Counted from the stretch's first letter, positions 26,585 to 37,446 are shown. The stretch: 64,000 nt of DNA from Candidatus Saccharimonadota bacterium (GCA_046350735.1 JAXLZU010000001.1:684462-748461); one strand, 5' to 3'. The notes: a model not told the origin generated them from the letters alone. Made by a program: numbers and translations.

Positions 26585-26848
26585 TTAGATATTTGCAAAT
26601 ACTACTACATAATTGTTGTGTACTTTTACAACACCTCTATTAATATCGTAGCTGCGACGACCAAATGGGGTATGTATTGTTACCTTGCCCTGTTGTAATA
26701 AACCAATAAAATTAGCATGGCCATAGAGTACGTCAAAAGGGCCAGTAGCTGTGTTGGCAGATAGGCTAGCAGCCGGACCTTCGTAAAAGATTTCGAATGG
26801 TGAAAAAATCTTTATACTTAGTTGGTTTGTCTTAGTATTTGCCTGCAT
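26585..26848 (-). CDS. atpC: F1 epsilon-like subunit (copy 2)
   Basis: Paralog of 3956-4210 (FSPF..FYEGPA..LS.....GPFDVL..HANF). Confidence 0.75.
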   Translation of the reverse strand: MQANTKTNQLSIKIFSPFEIFYEGPAASLSANTATGPFDVLYGHANFIGLLQQGKVTIHTPFGRRSYDINRGVVKVHNNYVVVFANI

Positions 26849-26852
26849 TGTA

Positions 26853-28184
26853 TTACGTGCCCGCCAAAATTTCTTCTACACCCGCAAGCATATCCTCACG
26901 CGACACATACTCACCATCATTGCCAGTAAGTGGCTGCACAACAAACAAATTCTGAGCAAAGTATGCTACTAGGCGCTTAGCCTTTTGATAATCACTCCTA
27001 TCATTAAGAGAGAGCTCGCCCTCACCTATAATCGAGATAATGTTACGAAGCTCATTGTATTTGCTGAGTATTGCCTGTACCTGGGTAGCCAAAATATAAT
27101 GCCGTTCGCCAACAATCTCGGTCGTTAGCAAAGAAGACTGAGTAGCCAATAAATCAATTGCCGGAAAGATGCCTCGCTCCATTACATCACGACTAAGTAC
27201 AATTACCGAGTCGAGTTGTTGATAAATTTCTACTACTGCAGGGTCGCTAATATCATCGGCTGGGATATAGATAGATTGTACCGACGTAATTGATCCATTC
27301 TCGTTGCTATCTAGGCTGTCTTCAAATCGTACAAGATCGGTAAATAGAGTAGGCTGATAGCCACCCTCAGATGGTTGCTCACCCAGCATTATAGAGAGTT
27401 CATTACGCGCTTGTAAGAATCGGTAGATATTATCAACGAAGAAAAGTACATCTTGTTTTTGATTGTCTCGCCACCACCGTGCAGCTGCAGCGGCAGTTGG
27501 CCCTACCATACTCCTGGCGGCTGCCGACTCATTCATTTGCCCCAAATACATAACGCTTTCTTTGAGGAGATTTGCTCCCTTGAGATTTTCATAAAGCTCA
27601 TGTGCTTCGCGAATGCGCTCACCAATACCCACAAAGAATGATGCACCAGCACCAGTCTGACTTACATTGTGCATTAACTCAGTTACTAGCACTGTTTTGC
27701 CTACGCCTGCCCCACCAATAATTCCAATTTTTCTCCCTTTAACAAATGGTGCAAAGAAATCAATGGCTTTTATGCCAGTCTCAATAATCTCCCCTGAGTA
27801 TGTCTGTGCATTTTTGGGGGCTAGCGCAAACTCAACAGGAGCGGTCTGAACCTTTTTAATAGCTGCAGAATCATCGAGCGTTTCACCCAGAGAGTTAAAT
27901 ACTCGACCAAGTGTAGATTTGCCTACTGGTATTTGTAGCTGTTCTTGGTAGAGCTCGCAGAATGATCCGAGTGGTAAGGCAGCATCCCCACCAATACTTA
28001 GTACAACTGCCTTGGTAGCACCACTATAGCCTAGTATCATTAATCGCGAATGTTGGTCGTTAGCCACTCGCAAAATAGAACCAATTTTCGGTAAAATCTC
28101 ACCAAATTCTAACTCATAGGTAATACCGCGAGCGGCAATTATTTTTCCCCGGGCAGGTGATTTACTTACGTGATTATGCTTCAT
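26853..28184 (-). CDS. atpD: F1 beta-like ATPase subunit (copy 2)
   Basis: [38 protein letters not shown]. Confidence 0.93.
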   Translation of the reverse strand: MKHNHVSKSPARGKIIAARGITYELEFGEILPKIGSILRVANDQHSRLMILGYSGATKAVVLSIGGDAALPLGSFCELYQEQLQIPVGKSTLGRVFNSLGETLDDSAAIKKVQTAPVEFALAPKNAQTYSGEIIETGIKAIDFFAPFVKGRKIGIIGGAGVGKTVLVTELMHNVSQTGAGASFFVGIGERIREAHELYENLKGANLLKESVMYLGQMNESAAARSMVGPTAAAAARWWRDNQKQDVLFFVDNIYRFLQARNELSIMLGEQPSEGGYQPTLFTDLVRFEDSLDSNENGSITSVQSIYIPADDISDPAVVEIYQQLDSVIVLSRDVMERGIFPAIDLLATQSSLLTTEIVGERHYILATQVQAILSKYNELRNIISIIGEGELSLNDRSDYQKAKRLVAYFAQNLFVVQPLTGNDGEYVSREDMLAGVEEILAGT

Positions 28185-29032
28185 ATAAGCCCCTCTCTAT
28201 CTCTTACAAATACTCGTGTAGCGGCATCTCGGTTTTGGCGCTGCTGCCTACGATAACTTCTATATACATCAGATTTTAGCTCGCCCGCCGCGGTAGAAGC
28301 AGAGCTCATTGCACGAAATCTACTAGCCAGTTGAGCCAGACGCGATTCTAAGATTAATTCAGTTAGTGCGGTGGCACGCATCATACTTTCTAGATAGGTT
28401 ACTACCTCCTCAAGAGAAGGCTCAAATATATAGTCTGATGCAAAAATAAGTGTCGTATTGGTTTTATTAGCCTCGGCCTCACTAAGCCTTGCTATACCAC
28501 CCACCAATTCAAACACCTGAACTTGTTGGGTCGTTAAATTAATAAACTGCTCAAAATATACCACGCATGTCCGATAATCTTGAGTGGCTGAAATAATTGG
28601 CACAACGTTAACGGGCCTAGTGATATCTGGTAATGGATAAACTCTGGTAGGTATTACACCTTTATTGCGCAATAATTTAGCGCCTTTTTTACCAATTACA
28701 TAAAAGTCTGTGGTTTGTTCATTTACCGAACCAAGTACTTCGTCCACCAGTTCTTCGTCAATACTGCCAGACAGTGTATCTTCTGAGCTAATAAGAATAA
28801 CAGCTGTACGATTAAGACTGCGAGTAGGTAGCAAGCTAGCCACAGGCGAGTTGGCATCTACACGCAACTGTACATACATACTCCAGAGCTCGTGAAAAAA
28901 GTCGCGACTAGCAACTACACGGTCACGTATCTGACGAATCTGAATACTGGTAATACTCTCAAAAACCTTTGTAACCTCTTCGATGGTTTCTAGGTCGGTA
29001 TACTGACGGTACATTTCTTGGCTTTTACTCAT
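28181..29032 (-). CDS. atpG: F1 gamma-like subunit (copy 2)
   Basis: YIFEPS and ASRFRAMSSAS motifs; paralog of 5520-6356. Confidence 0.85.
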   Translation of the reverse strand: MSKSQEMYRQYTDLETIEEVTKVFESITSIQIRQIRDRVVASRDFFHELWSMYVQLRVDANSPVASLLPTRSLNRTAVILISSEDTLSGSIDEELVDEVLGSVNEQTTDFYVIGKKGAKLLRNKGVIPTRVYPLPDITRPVNVVPIISATQDYRTCVVYFEQFINLTTQQVQVFELVGGIARLSEAEANKTNTTLIFASDYIFEPSLEEVVTYLESMMRATALTELILESRLAQLASRFRAMSSASTAAGELKSDVYRSYRRQQRQNRDAATRVFVRDREGLI

Positions 29033-30441
29033 TGTTTTACCGCCGGCTTACTCTTTAATAGTTCTGCTGCAATCTTAACATATTGCTCTGGCTTAATTTC
29101 TTCTCCGGCCACATCATGAATAATACTCTTTAGCCAAGCAATACTGACATCTTCGGGTTTGTCTGACTGCATAAGAGCATCGAGCATAATAAATTGTTCT
29201 TTGGCAGAGTATTGTTCGCTAGGCAATTGAGTAAATAACTCATACAGTTTTTCACCACGTGCAATTTCACTTTTGACTGTTTCTGACTGGTCAGACCCAA
29301 ACCGAGCAAAATCTCGCGCTTCACGGTAATTGGCAAGCCTTGCGATAACTGCTCTAGACAGTTTCTGAAACTGCTGACTTTGAGAGCGTCCACCGACACG
29401 ACTAACTGATAGGTTAACATCAATAGCTGGGCGAATGTTACGAGCCATAGTCTCAGCATCAAAAACAATCTGCCCATCTGTCATAGAAATAAGACTAGTA
29501 GATAGATAGCCGGTGATATCGCCGGTAGGGTTAGTGCCAGCTGCCAAGACTGTCTGCGTAGCACCATTGCGCCGTAACTTGCCAGCCCGTTCTAGTAGAG
29601 AAGAGTGCATATAAAACATATCGCCAGGATAGCCATCACGGCCTGGCGGCTGCTTAAGTAGAAGTGATAGCTCTCGATACATTTTGGCATGTGCACTAAG
29701 ATCGTCATAAAACACTACTGTATCTTTGCCTTGACGCCAAAAACTCTCTGCCAATGCACAACCAACATATGGTGCAATAAAAGCCGCCGGTAGACTATCA
29801 AATGCATCAGCAATCACAAGGATGGTTTTATCTATTACTCCAGCATCAGCTAAGCGCTGCTGCAAGCGAGCAACATCATAGCGACGTTTGGCAATTGCAA
29901 CATAGACAATCACACAATCTTGATTTTTTTGATGAGCTGCAACCTGGCTCATAAAAGTTGTTTTACCAGTTTTATTATCACCAATAATGGCAATACGTTG
30001 CCCTTTAACAATCGGGAACAATGTATCTACCATTAAGACGCCGGTCTCGAGCTGTTCATTAACAATAGCGCGTTCGTGAAACGTTGGTGCCGCGCCAAAA
30101 ACTGGTAGAGGAGTACCACTAGGCTCTACTTTCTTGCCATCAATGGTTTGCAGTAATGGGTCTACACTATGACCAAGAATGTTATTATCGGCTCTCACAT
30201 AGAGGCTATTACCGGCAAGTTTTGCACTAGTACCCACCACTACTTTAGAATTACGTGCTAATAATAAGACGGTAACCGACTGCTCAGATACTTGCCATAT
30301 TAGTCCTGCTTCACCTGTGCCAAATTTCATCACGCCACCCACTGTAGCCTCAGCAATTGGTTCGGTATGCGCTATGCAATCAAAAAGAGAGATAACTTTG
30401 ACACTCTTTGCTTTATTGGATATTGTGTGATCTTCTTTCAT
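29029..30441 (-). CDS. atpA: F1 alpha-like subunit (copy 2)
   Basis: KGQRIAIIGDNKTGKT, PPGRDGYPGDMFY, LLERAGK, SMTDGQI, SVSRVGG. I prefer ATG 30441 over TTG 30456 as the start. Confidence 0.93.
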   Translation of the reverse strand: MKEDHTISNKAKSVKVISLFDCIAHTEPIAEATVGGVMKFGTGEAGLIWQVSEQSVTVLLLARNSKVVVGTSAKLAGNSLYVRADNNILGHSVDPLLQTIDGKKVEPSGTPLPVFGAAPTFHERAIVNEQLETGVLMVDTLFPIVKGQRIAIIGDNKTGKTTFMSQVAAHQKNQDCVIVYVAIAKRRYDVARLQQRLADAGVIDKTILVIADAFDSLPAAFIAPYVGCALAESFWRQGKDTVVFYDDLSAHAKMYRELSLLLKQPPGRDGYPGDMFYMHSSLLERAGKLRRNGATQTVLAAGTNPTGDITGYLSTSLISMTDGQIVFDAETMARNIRPAIDVNLSVSRVGGRSQSQQFQKLSRAVIARLANYREARDFARFGSDQSETVKSEIARGEKLYELFTQLPSEQYSAKEQFIMLDALMQSDKPEDVSIAWLKSIIHDVAGEEIKPEQYVKIAAELLKSKPAVKQ

Positions 30442-30445
30442 ATAG

Positions 30446-31270
30446 TTACCGTCCAATTATTAAATATACTATTGAGAATCCAGAAAGCATAATTACCACT
30501 ACTGCAATAATTACTTGAATTAAACTTTGTAAAATAGAATGTCGACTAAGTGGATTTCGCCCTATAGAGCGTATGCTGCTTGCTACTGCGGTATAAAGAA
30601 TAAGTACTGAGATAACTACCGATATAAGCAACACCAATAACGCCAAGAGTGCCCTAGCTGTTGAAATACTCTTGCCCGTTGTACTTGTGGCCACAGCTTG
30701 CACTGCCGAAATAATTCCATTACCAGTAAGTGTTGGTTGGTTTTGATAATTACCCACTATAATGTTGGCCGAGACCTGGCCTAGAGCTACTTCACTCGTC
30801 TCGCCTTTCTTATTGGTAATACTTTGACGAGAAGTGGCATTACCTGCACTAAAACTATTCGTTGCAGTACCAACAATTTTACCCGCAGCAGTAGCTTTCA
30901 TGGCAACACCTGCTATAGGCGATGTAGTCAGCGAGTCTCCTTTGGCAATATCACCATTTATATTACTTACCAATATTACAGCATTGCCCGCAGTAACCAC
31001 TAAGGTATTGCCATTGTTAGAATTAAGATTTACTAGGCTGGCCTGAGAGGCAACTGTCACCCCCAATAAATTATCGGTGTTACTCGAGTTAGCTGGAATA
31101 ATTTGCGAGCTACTACCCTGTTGAAGCGCCACCAAAGAACCGGCTGGAATGGCAGAAGATGCAGTGTAGCTCTGACTAATAGTATCAGCTCTAGCAGCTA
31201 GTATTTGTATCGCAACAAATACTAACGACAAGACAAGACTAGCAACTGGGAGAAAATATTTTTTTAGCAT
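30446..31270 (-). CDS. Subunit-c-like hairpin fusion protein (copy 2, SIGRNP)
   Basis: Paralog of 8770-9594: signal peptide, NGDIAKGDSLTTSPIAGVAMKA and SSIRSIGRNP between two TMs. Confidence 0.7.
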   Translation of the reverse strand: MLKKYFLPVASLVLSLVFVAIQILAARADTISQSYTASSAIPAGSLVALQQGSSSQIIPANSSNTDNLLGVTVASQASLVNLNSNNGNTLVVTAGNAVILVSNINGDIAKGDSLTTSPIAGVAMKATAAGKIVGTATNSFSAGNATSRQSITNKKGETSEVALGQVSANIIVGNYQNQPTLTGNGIISAVQAVATSTTGKSISTARALLALLVLLISVVISVLILYTAVASSIRSIGRNPLSRHSILQSLIQVIIAVVVIMLSGFSIVYLIIGR

Positions 31271-31362
31271 ACCAAAAACCATTCGCCTCAATAGAAGAAG
31301 CTTATGGTTACTATTTTACACCAGTTTGTGTTGCTTAGGGAGTAATTATTGTCACTAAACTC

Positions 31363-31983
31363 TTATTCAGTACGAAAACGGTTTAGGATAAGTTCGGCAG
31401 CAATTCCGAGAAGTGCACCGAGAACCAATAATATGGGTAAAAGCCAGCTGGGCATACCATAATTATAAAACCGAGCTATGGCATACACCGTTATACCGGC
31501 TGCCAACCCTACAACACTACCACCAATAAGGGCAGAGGGGCGCAAAATAGTCTTACCGGCAACATCAGAAACTTTTTCGACAGCGGGGTTATGAATAACT
31601 TTAGAGAACGTTCGGCTTCGGCGAGGCAATTGAGCCTGTACTATCTTTACTTCTTTTTTATATACTGCTGCTTTTTCTTTTTTTGTATAACTTGCAGCCG
31701 GTTTGGCTTTTGGCGGTTTTTTTTCTACTTTTTCGATTTTTTCGGCATCTTTGCGCTCACGTTCTAAATCGGCCTCGCGCTTCTTTTCGGCATCAGCCTC
31801 ACGCTTTTTTTCGGCACTTAGATTTCGCTCGGCAGCCTCATGGCGACGAGCCAAATCTTTTTCACCAGCTTCTATCTCGGCCTTACTAACCTCTGGAGCT
31901 TTCTCTTTTTCGAGTTTTTTTAGCTGGCTTACTTCGAGTTTCTCGGCGCCACTCTCTGGCTCTAGTTCGGCTCTATCTGCCAT
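31363..31983 (-). CDS. Charged coiled-coil protein with two C-terminal TMs
   Basis: E/K-rich N-terminus with a KKREADAE/KKREADLE repeat; FSKVIHNP.VEKVS...RPS motif. Confidence 0.8.
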   Translation of the reverse strand: MADRAELEPESGAEKLEVSQLKKLEKEKAPEVSKAEIEAGEKDLARRHEAAERNLSAEKKREADAEKKREADLERERKDAEKIEKVEKKPPKAKPAASYTKKEKAAVYKKEVKIVQAQLPRRSRTFSKVIHNPAVEKVSDVAGKTILRPSALIGGSVVGLAAGITVYAIARFYNYGMPSWLLPILLVLGALLGIAAELILNRFRTE

Positions 31984-34334
31984 TAGTTTCCTCCTTCGTT
32001 ATCAGATAATGTTTCAACTAATTTTAGCTCGCGTTTGAGTAATCTATTTCGGAAGAAGAGGAATACAGAGCTTGCAGCAAAGAATGAGATAACAAAGATT
32101 GGTACACCTGCACCGGTTTGCGGTAATTTTTGAGCTGCACATTCTACTTGTTTCGCCGGAACAACACCAATTGGGGTAGTTACAATCGATCCATGGAAGT
32201 TATCTTGAATATTACAGTCATAGGCTGAAGGGTCGAGTGGCACATTTGGTTTGGTAGGAATTGGGTCTTTTACTTTAACGGTAAATGATTTAAAGTGCGC
32301 GCTAAAGTTAGCAGGGATAATATTACCAGAGCTATCTGTACACGATTGTCCATTTGGTAGCGATGCTATATCGGTAGCTGGCCAGACGAGCTTTGTCTGT
32401 CCATTAGTTACTACCTTTGTCGCTCCGCCAAGATCTGCTAAATCAGCATAGTAGAGTAGATCGGTAACATCATCTTCAAACACAAATTGATTAATAGGGG
32501 CACCATTGGCATTACACACAGCTATCTGGTAGCGCAGTGTGTCACCGGCTTTAGCAACTTGATTGTTTGCATCAGTTGGTTTACCGTCGTTTGTCAGCAA
32601 GGTCATATTGGCTACGTTTTTGGTGTATTGTACCTGGGTTGGGTTAATAATTGTCTTACAAGTCTGGGCGTTGGTAGTTGTACCCCTGTCGGTTGTTATA
32701 CTAACTGTCGCCGTATATTTACCCGGATTATTATAGTCGTGTTTTGTAGTTGCTGTGAGTTGATTACTACTAATAGTCTGCTTGGCACTCCCATCGCCAA
32801 AATCAAATTCATAAGATTTAACGGTGGCATTTTTTACAGTGGCAGTTGCTGTTAGATTAACACCTTTAAGGGGTGCTGCTCCGGTTGCAGGGTCGGCAGT
32901 TAGGCTCTTACATGCAAACTCTGCAGGTGGCGGAGTAGTAGTAAATGGTACATAACAGTTATTGGGGTTTTCTGGTGCTGTTACTCCATTCTGATCTGTA
33001 ACTCGTAATATTATCAAGAAATCACCAGGTGTAGTTTGTCTAAATTCGGTTGCAGAAAAAGCTGGACTACTAGCCGGATCAGTATAAACAGCCGGGTTAG
33101 TATTGGTATGAGTAATTCTCGTGCTACCACCACTTGGGTTACCTTCTAAATATTTAACTCCATTATATGTAATGATAGGTAAGCTCGGATTATCTGGGCC
33201 AGTATATTTTTGCAAAAGAATGTAGTCAAACTTAGACGGGTATGGCTTTGTACCAGAAACACCATCGACACCTGCGGTTCCCTTTAGACCAGGAGTAAAG
33301 GGTGTATCACCAGTCTTAGCAACAATATCGAGCTGTGCGCATTTAAGTGTCATTTGTTGGGTCACTCTAACCGTTCGAATACAATCTCCTGCTGCACTAC
33401 CAGCAGCAAATAGTTTTTGTCCGTTATTATCGTAAGCAACCAATAAGCGCAAGCTATAGTCTCCAGGCTGAGAAAAAGTAAAGCTTCTTCCAACATTATC
33501 AATAAAATTATTGTTGCTATCATGCCCCACCCCAGATGCTTGCAAAACATTTCCAGGCGAAACACCTCCAGCCAAATTATCTGTGTTGACATTATAGGCA
33601 CCATATGCCATATCAACCAATTCACCTGCACTAATATTATCTCCATGTGCATAGCCAGCAACTACAATTGGCTGACCCACCGTGGCGGTAAAGCTAGAAA
33701 CATTTAGGCTAGAGCAAGTAATAGTTTTGGGCTGTTCTTGTGGTGTTGTAGGAATAAACACCAAATTACCACAGTCATAAAGTATACCTACTTGATACCA
33801 TGCATTTGGGTCACCAGTACCTATAGTACTACCCTGTACTTTTACATTGAGTAGTTCGCCTGCAAAACAGTTTTGCAACCATCTACTACTGGCGTCTCCT
33901 ATCCATATATCATTATGGCCTGGGTATAAGAACGACCCAGGTGCTTGAGTGCGTCCCATAGAAAGCAATCCTGGTGTTCGGCAAATATTAGCATTTGCCT
34001 GTCCATTCAAAACATCCTGATCAGTTACCCCAGCCTGGTACAAGAGCTGCATTGCACCTGTACTCTTAAAAGCATTTAATACGCCTTGGTTGCTTGTATC
34101 GGCAATACCGCAGTTAATAATATCGTTTGCTGTACAGCTCGCCGCTCGTCCTGCTGATGGCGGTGCGATAAAAGTAATAAACTGAAAGACTAATAGCCCT
34201 ACAAGTAGTAGTGATGCTAGACGTCGGGCGGATGTCTCTTTGGTGAGACGCTTGGCATAGAATGAGATTTTGTTTTTTGTGATGCCGCCAATTTTAAAAT
34301 TGGTTACGACATCCCGGAAATTTACGATTTTCAT
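31983..34334 (-). CDS. Cell-surface protein with PKD and DUF11-like domains and LPxTG-type C-terminal sorting signal
   Basis: YEFDFGDG...HDY..PGKYT (PKD); AKAGDTLRYQI; LPQTG followed by a TM and a basic tail. Confidence 0.82.
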   Translation of the reverse strand: MKIVNFRDVVTNFKIGGITKNKISFYAKRLTKETSARRLASLLLVGLLVFQFITFIAPPSAGRAASCTANDIINCGIADTSNQGVLNAFKSTGAMQLLYQAGVTDQDVLNGQANANICRTPGLLSMGRTQAPGSFLYPGHNDIWIGDASSRWLQNCFAGELLNVKVQGSTIGTGDPNAWYQVGILYDCGNLVFIPTTPQEQPKTITCSSLNVSSFTATVGQPIVVAGYAHGDNISAGELVDMAYGAYNVNTDNLAGGVSPGNVLQASGVGHDSNNNFIDNVGRSFTFSQPGDYSLRLLVAYDNNGQKLFAAGSAAGDCIRTVRVTQQMTLKCAQLDIVAKTGDTPFTPGLKGTAGVDGVSGTKPYPSKFDYILLQKYTGPDNPSLPIITYNGVKYLEGNPSGGSTRITHTNTNPAVYTDPASSPAFSATEFRQTTPGDFLIILRVTDQNGVTAPENPNNCYVPFTTTPPPAEFACKSLTADPATGAAPLKGVNLTATATVKNATVKSYEFDFGDGSAKQTISSNQLTATTKHDYNNPGKYTATVSITTDRGTTTNAQTCKTIINPTQVQYTKNVANMTLLTNDGKPTDANNQVAKAGDTLRYQIAVCNANGAPINQFVFEDDVTDLLYYADLADLGGATKVVTNGQTKLVWPATDIASLPNGQSCTDSSGNIIPANFSAHFKSFTVKVKDPIPTKPNVPLDPSAYDCNIQDNFHGSIVTTPIGVVPAKQVECAAQKLPQTGAGVPIFVISFFAASSVFLFFRNRLLKRELKLVETLSDNEGGN

Positions 34335-34415
34335 CTTTCCCCTTTAAATATACAATTGCTTATGCTTTATTGTAGTACACACTACAATAGCTATGCAAGA
34401 CTTAAGAAGAAGTAA

Positions 34416-36920
34416 TTAATTTCCGGTCTGTTCTGTACCCATTCCGCCTGCCGCAGCAGTTCCGCCCGCAGGCTCACTTGGCAAGCTATCACTAAGGCTC
34501 TGGGCTATCTCTGCATCAACTTCGGCTTTGGGACGGCCATACTTGGCTCGTGAAAGATCGCGCATAGCGTTTTGTAGGTTGGTATTAATAACATTACCAT
34601 CCACCGGTGGGTCTCCATGCAGACTAAATGGAGTAGTTGGGATTCCATCGGCTATTATTTTGGCAGCAGCATAATGATTGGGTATATTCGCAATATCACT
34701 GGCGTCAAATTGTGGTGAGAATTGCTTGGCAATATATTCTGCATCATCATTACCTACTCGGTAAATAACCATACTTCCCACATTACCAAAAACCGCATCC
34801 CGAATTTGCTCGTCTATTTGCTCAATATACTGGTTAGCTACTATAAGATTAAAGTGATACTTTCGTGCTTCAGAGAGAATGGTTGCAAAACTATCAGTTG
34901 CAATATTCTGAAACTCATCGACATACAGAGCAAAGTCTACACGCTGATCTTCTGGTGTATCGGCTCGGCTCATAGCTGCCATTTGTAGCTTAATAACAAA
35001 TATCATACCAAGTAATTTAGCATTCAACTCACCAAGCAACCCCTTACTGAGGTTGGCTATCAAAATCTTATTAGTATCCATTATTTGGCGAAAATTAAAG
35101 GCAGAGGTTTTTTGTCCAATAATATTTCTAAGCATGGCGTTATTTGCAAAAGCACCAAACTTCGAAACAAACCATCCTAGCATCTCACTCTTAGAATGTG
35201 CATCTGTCTGGGCCATTTCGCCAGTCCAGAAATCTTGCACAGTTGGGTCGGTAACATATTTGAATTTCTTTTTTAAATACTCGTCATCAGTAAACACTTT
35301 TGGTATTTCTATAAATGTACCGCCCTCCGGATCAGCCATAACCGTTAGGGCAGCATTGCGAAACCAGTGTTCGTAGCGTGGACCAATAATACCTTGATGC
35401 TGCGGGTCGTAGAGTTTATACAGCATTGAGATGGCCTCTTGCACCAAGAAGTCACGCTGCTCTGGGTGGTTGCGATCATACTCCATAATATTAAACCCAA
35501 GAGGAAACTCCGTATCTCCTGGACTAAAATAAATAACATCTTCCGCTCGATTTGCTGGAATTCGTCCTAAAAATTTTTCGGCCTCATCACCATTAGGGTC
35601 GATAAAACAAAACCCTTTACCCGCATAGGCATCTTGCAACATCAAATTTGTCAGTAAGGTTGATTTACCGGTACCAGTCTGACCAATCGTATAAATATGT
35701 CGTCGCTTATCGTCTTGCGTAATATAGATAGGAGTATTCGTACCTCTATACTCATTTATGCCAATCCGTAATCCCTCTGTTGGTAATCCTGCCGGTGCTG
35801 GGACTTCTTTTACCGCCTTTCGCTCTAAATGGGTAGCAATACCAATTACCTCGCTTGGTAAATGAAATATCGTGGCCAACTCGACTGCATTTAATACATT
35901 TTTCTTTTTATTAGCCGGAAAAAAACGAAAGATAAAATTGGTTGCTATCTCTTGTGGAGAGTCAGCACTTTGGTATTTAAACCCATTACTACCACCTTGG
36001 CTAAGCTGTGAGAATCCAAGCTGCATATCTTGTATCATTACATGGGCCCGAGCAGGATTGTCAGAGCTAGCTATAAGACGAATACATGTTTCAAAAGCTG
36101 GTGACTTCGCCTTGTCTTCTATGGTCTCGCTCTTGCGTTGATCAATAGCAGTTGGCTGCTTATCGGGCTTCTTATCTTCGCTACCCGAACTGGGTGCCTT
36201 AAATGGCGCTCGTAATACGTCAGAACCAAAACTGAGCATTTTGTTTTCTGAACTACTTGGGTCTAAATGCTCTTTACTGCGTTTTAGAGCGTATTTTGTC
36301 CAGTCACTACCCGCTGGACGGATGAGAATTTGAATACCTATACCTTCACCCTCTCCAAGATTGGTGAGGCTCGATAATATTCCGGCTAGCGGATCGAAGT
36401 CGCTCGACTTATAGGTGTTAATTGGATAAATACTCTCTTTTGTTAATACAAGCTCACCACCCTGCACACCAGCAATTTTACTTTTATCAGAGAATATATT
36501 TGTTTCTTCGGCCTGTTCTATTTGAATGTCTGGATATCCTGCTACTAAGGCTTTTTGTACTGCACTCAGCAAACTAACAGGAACAACAATATAAAAGTGA
36601 ATCAACTTACCTTCGGCAATTATTTCGAGGCTGATATATTTTTTGCCATAATACGAAGCCTTTTCGGTGGCTATACCGCTTAATAGATTAAATACACCTT
36701 CGGCTTTGGCTATATTTTCTTTAATAAGTTCTCGACTATCTCTACTATCTTCGCTAACCTCTTGGGGAGGGAGTTTTACTAATAGTGGCACCATTTTTAG
36801 AGATCGTTCAATATCTTTGCTGTGTCGGGCGCGCTTGCGTAGCAAAAAATATGCCAATACACTTATGACGCTAGCAAATAGTACAAATAATATACTCGTA
36901 AAGATTACAAACTGATTCAT
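34416..36920 (-). CDS. VirD4/TraG/HerA-like coupling ATPase (CPR type IV secretion-associated)
   Basis: N-terminal TM; RRHIYTIGQTGTGKST, IDPNGD, LYVDEFQN, LSEARKY, ANQY, FGNVG motifs. Confidence 0.88.
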   Translation of the reverse strand: MNQFVIFTSILFVLFASVISVLAYFLLRKRARHSKDIERSLKMVPLLVKLPPQEVSEDSRDSRELIKENIAKAEGVFNLLSGIATEKASYYGKKYISLEIIAEGKLIHFYIVVPVSLLSAVQKALVAGYPDIQIEQAEETNIFSDKSKIAGVQGGELVLTKESIYPINTYKSSDFDPLAGILSSLTNLGEGEGIGIQILIRPAGSDWTKYALKRSKEHLDPSSSENKMLSFGSDVLRAPFKAPSSGSEDKKPDKQPTAIDQRKSETIEDKAKSPAFETCIRLIASSDNPARAHVMIQDMQLGFSQLSQGGSNGFKYQSADSPQEIATNFIFRFFPANKKKNVLNAVELATIFHLPSEVIGIATHLERKAVKEVPAPAGLPTEGLRIGINEYRGTNTPIYITQDDKRRHIYTIGQTGTGKSTLLTNLMLQDAYAGKGFCFIDPNGDEAEKFLGRIPANRAEDVIYFSPGDTEFPLGFNIMEYDRNHPEQRDFLVQEAISMLYKLYDPQHQGIIGPRYEHWFRNAALTVMADPEGGTFIEIPKVFTDDEYLKKKFKYVTDPTVQDFWTGEMAQTDAHSKSEMLGWFVSKFGAFANNAMLRNIIGQKTSAFNFRQIMDTNKILIANLSKGLLGELNAKLLGMIFVIKLQMAAMSRADTPEDQRVDFALYVDEFQNIATDSFATILSEARKYHFNLIVANQYIEQIDEQIRDAVFGNVGSMVIYRVGNDDAEYIAKQFSPQFDASDIANIPNHYAAAKIIADGIPTTPFSLHGDPPVDGNVINTNLQNAMRDLSRAKYGRPKAEVDAEIAQSLSDSLPSEPAGGTAAAGGMGTEQTGN

Positions 36921-36947
36921 ATAATAATTCGCTCAGACGGTTGGTTA

Positions 36948-37403
36948 TTACGAAACATCTAGATTAAACCGCTGTTTTTGATATGCCCGACTAACTATGT
37001 TGTGATCGATATCTTCTGTAAGGGGGTCGTCTTCGTCTTTTTCTATGACCTGGTCTACAGTATCGACCCATTCTTTCTCTATTAAATCATCATCACTAGC
37101 CGATAGACTTGCTAAATCTTGGGCCTGTAGGGCCCGTCCTTGTACGCTACCTGTATGAACCACTTGTGCTGGTGGTGGAGGGCTAAGAAGGCTAGAATTA
37201 ACAGCATCTGATTGTGCATTTGGATCTACTGTCGTAGTAGCGGGTGCAGGAGCAGCTTCTACCTGCCCGGTGAGACTCTCGGCAGTAGGGGGGGTAGTTG
37301 GTTGCAAATTGGGTGCACTTGCCCGCTGAGCAGCAATCTGTTCTATAGTTGGCTGCGGATTTGGCGCAACATTTGGGCTAGAGGGAGTTTGTTGGGGATC
37401 CAT
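36948..37403 (-). CDS. Hypothetical protein (Pro/Gln-rich N-terminus, DDDLIEKEWV motif)
   Basis: Full ORF with TATAAT 7 nt upstream of the ATG. Confidence 0.75.
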   Translation of the reverse strand: MDPQQTPSSPNVAPNPQPTIEQIAAQRASAPNLQPTTPPTAESLTGQVEAAPAPATTTVDPNAQSDAVNSSLLSPPPPAQVVHTGSVQGRALQAQDLASLSASDDDLIEKEWVDTVDQVIEKDEDDPLTEDIDHNIVSRAYQKQRFNLDVS

Positions 37404-37446
37404 GCCCTATATTATACCAGTTATGTTTATACGAGACTATATCGAC

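Noticed and set aside
31760-31820. KKREADAE/KKREADLE tandem repeat
   Set aside because: Two-unit coding repeat in a coiled coil; not a CRISPR or mobile repeat.
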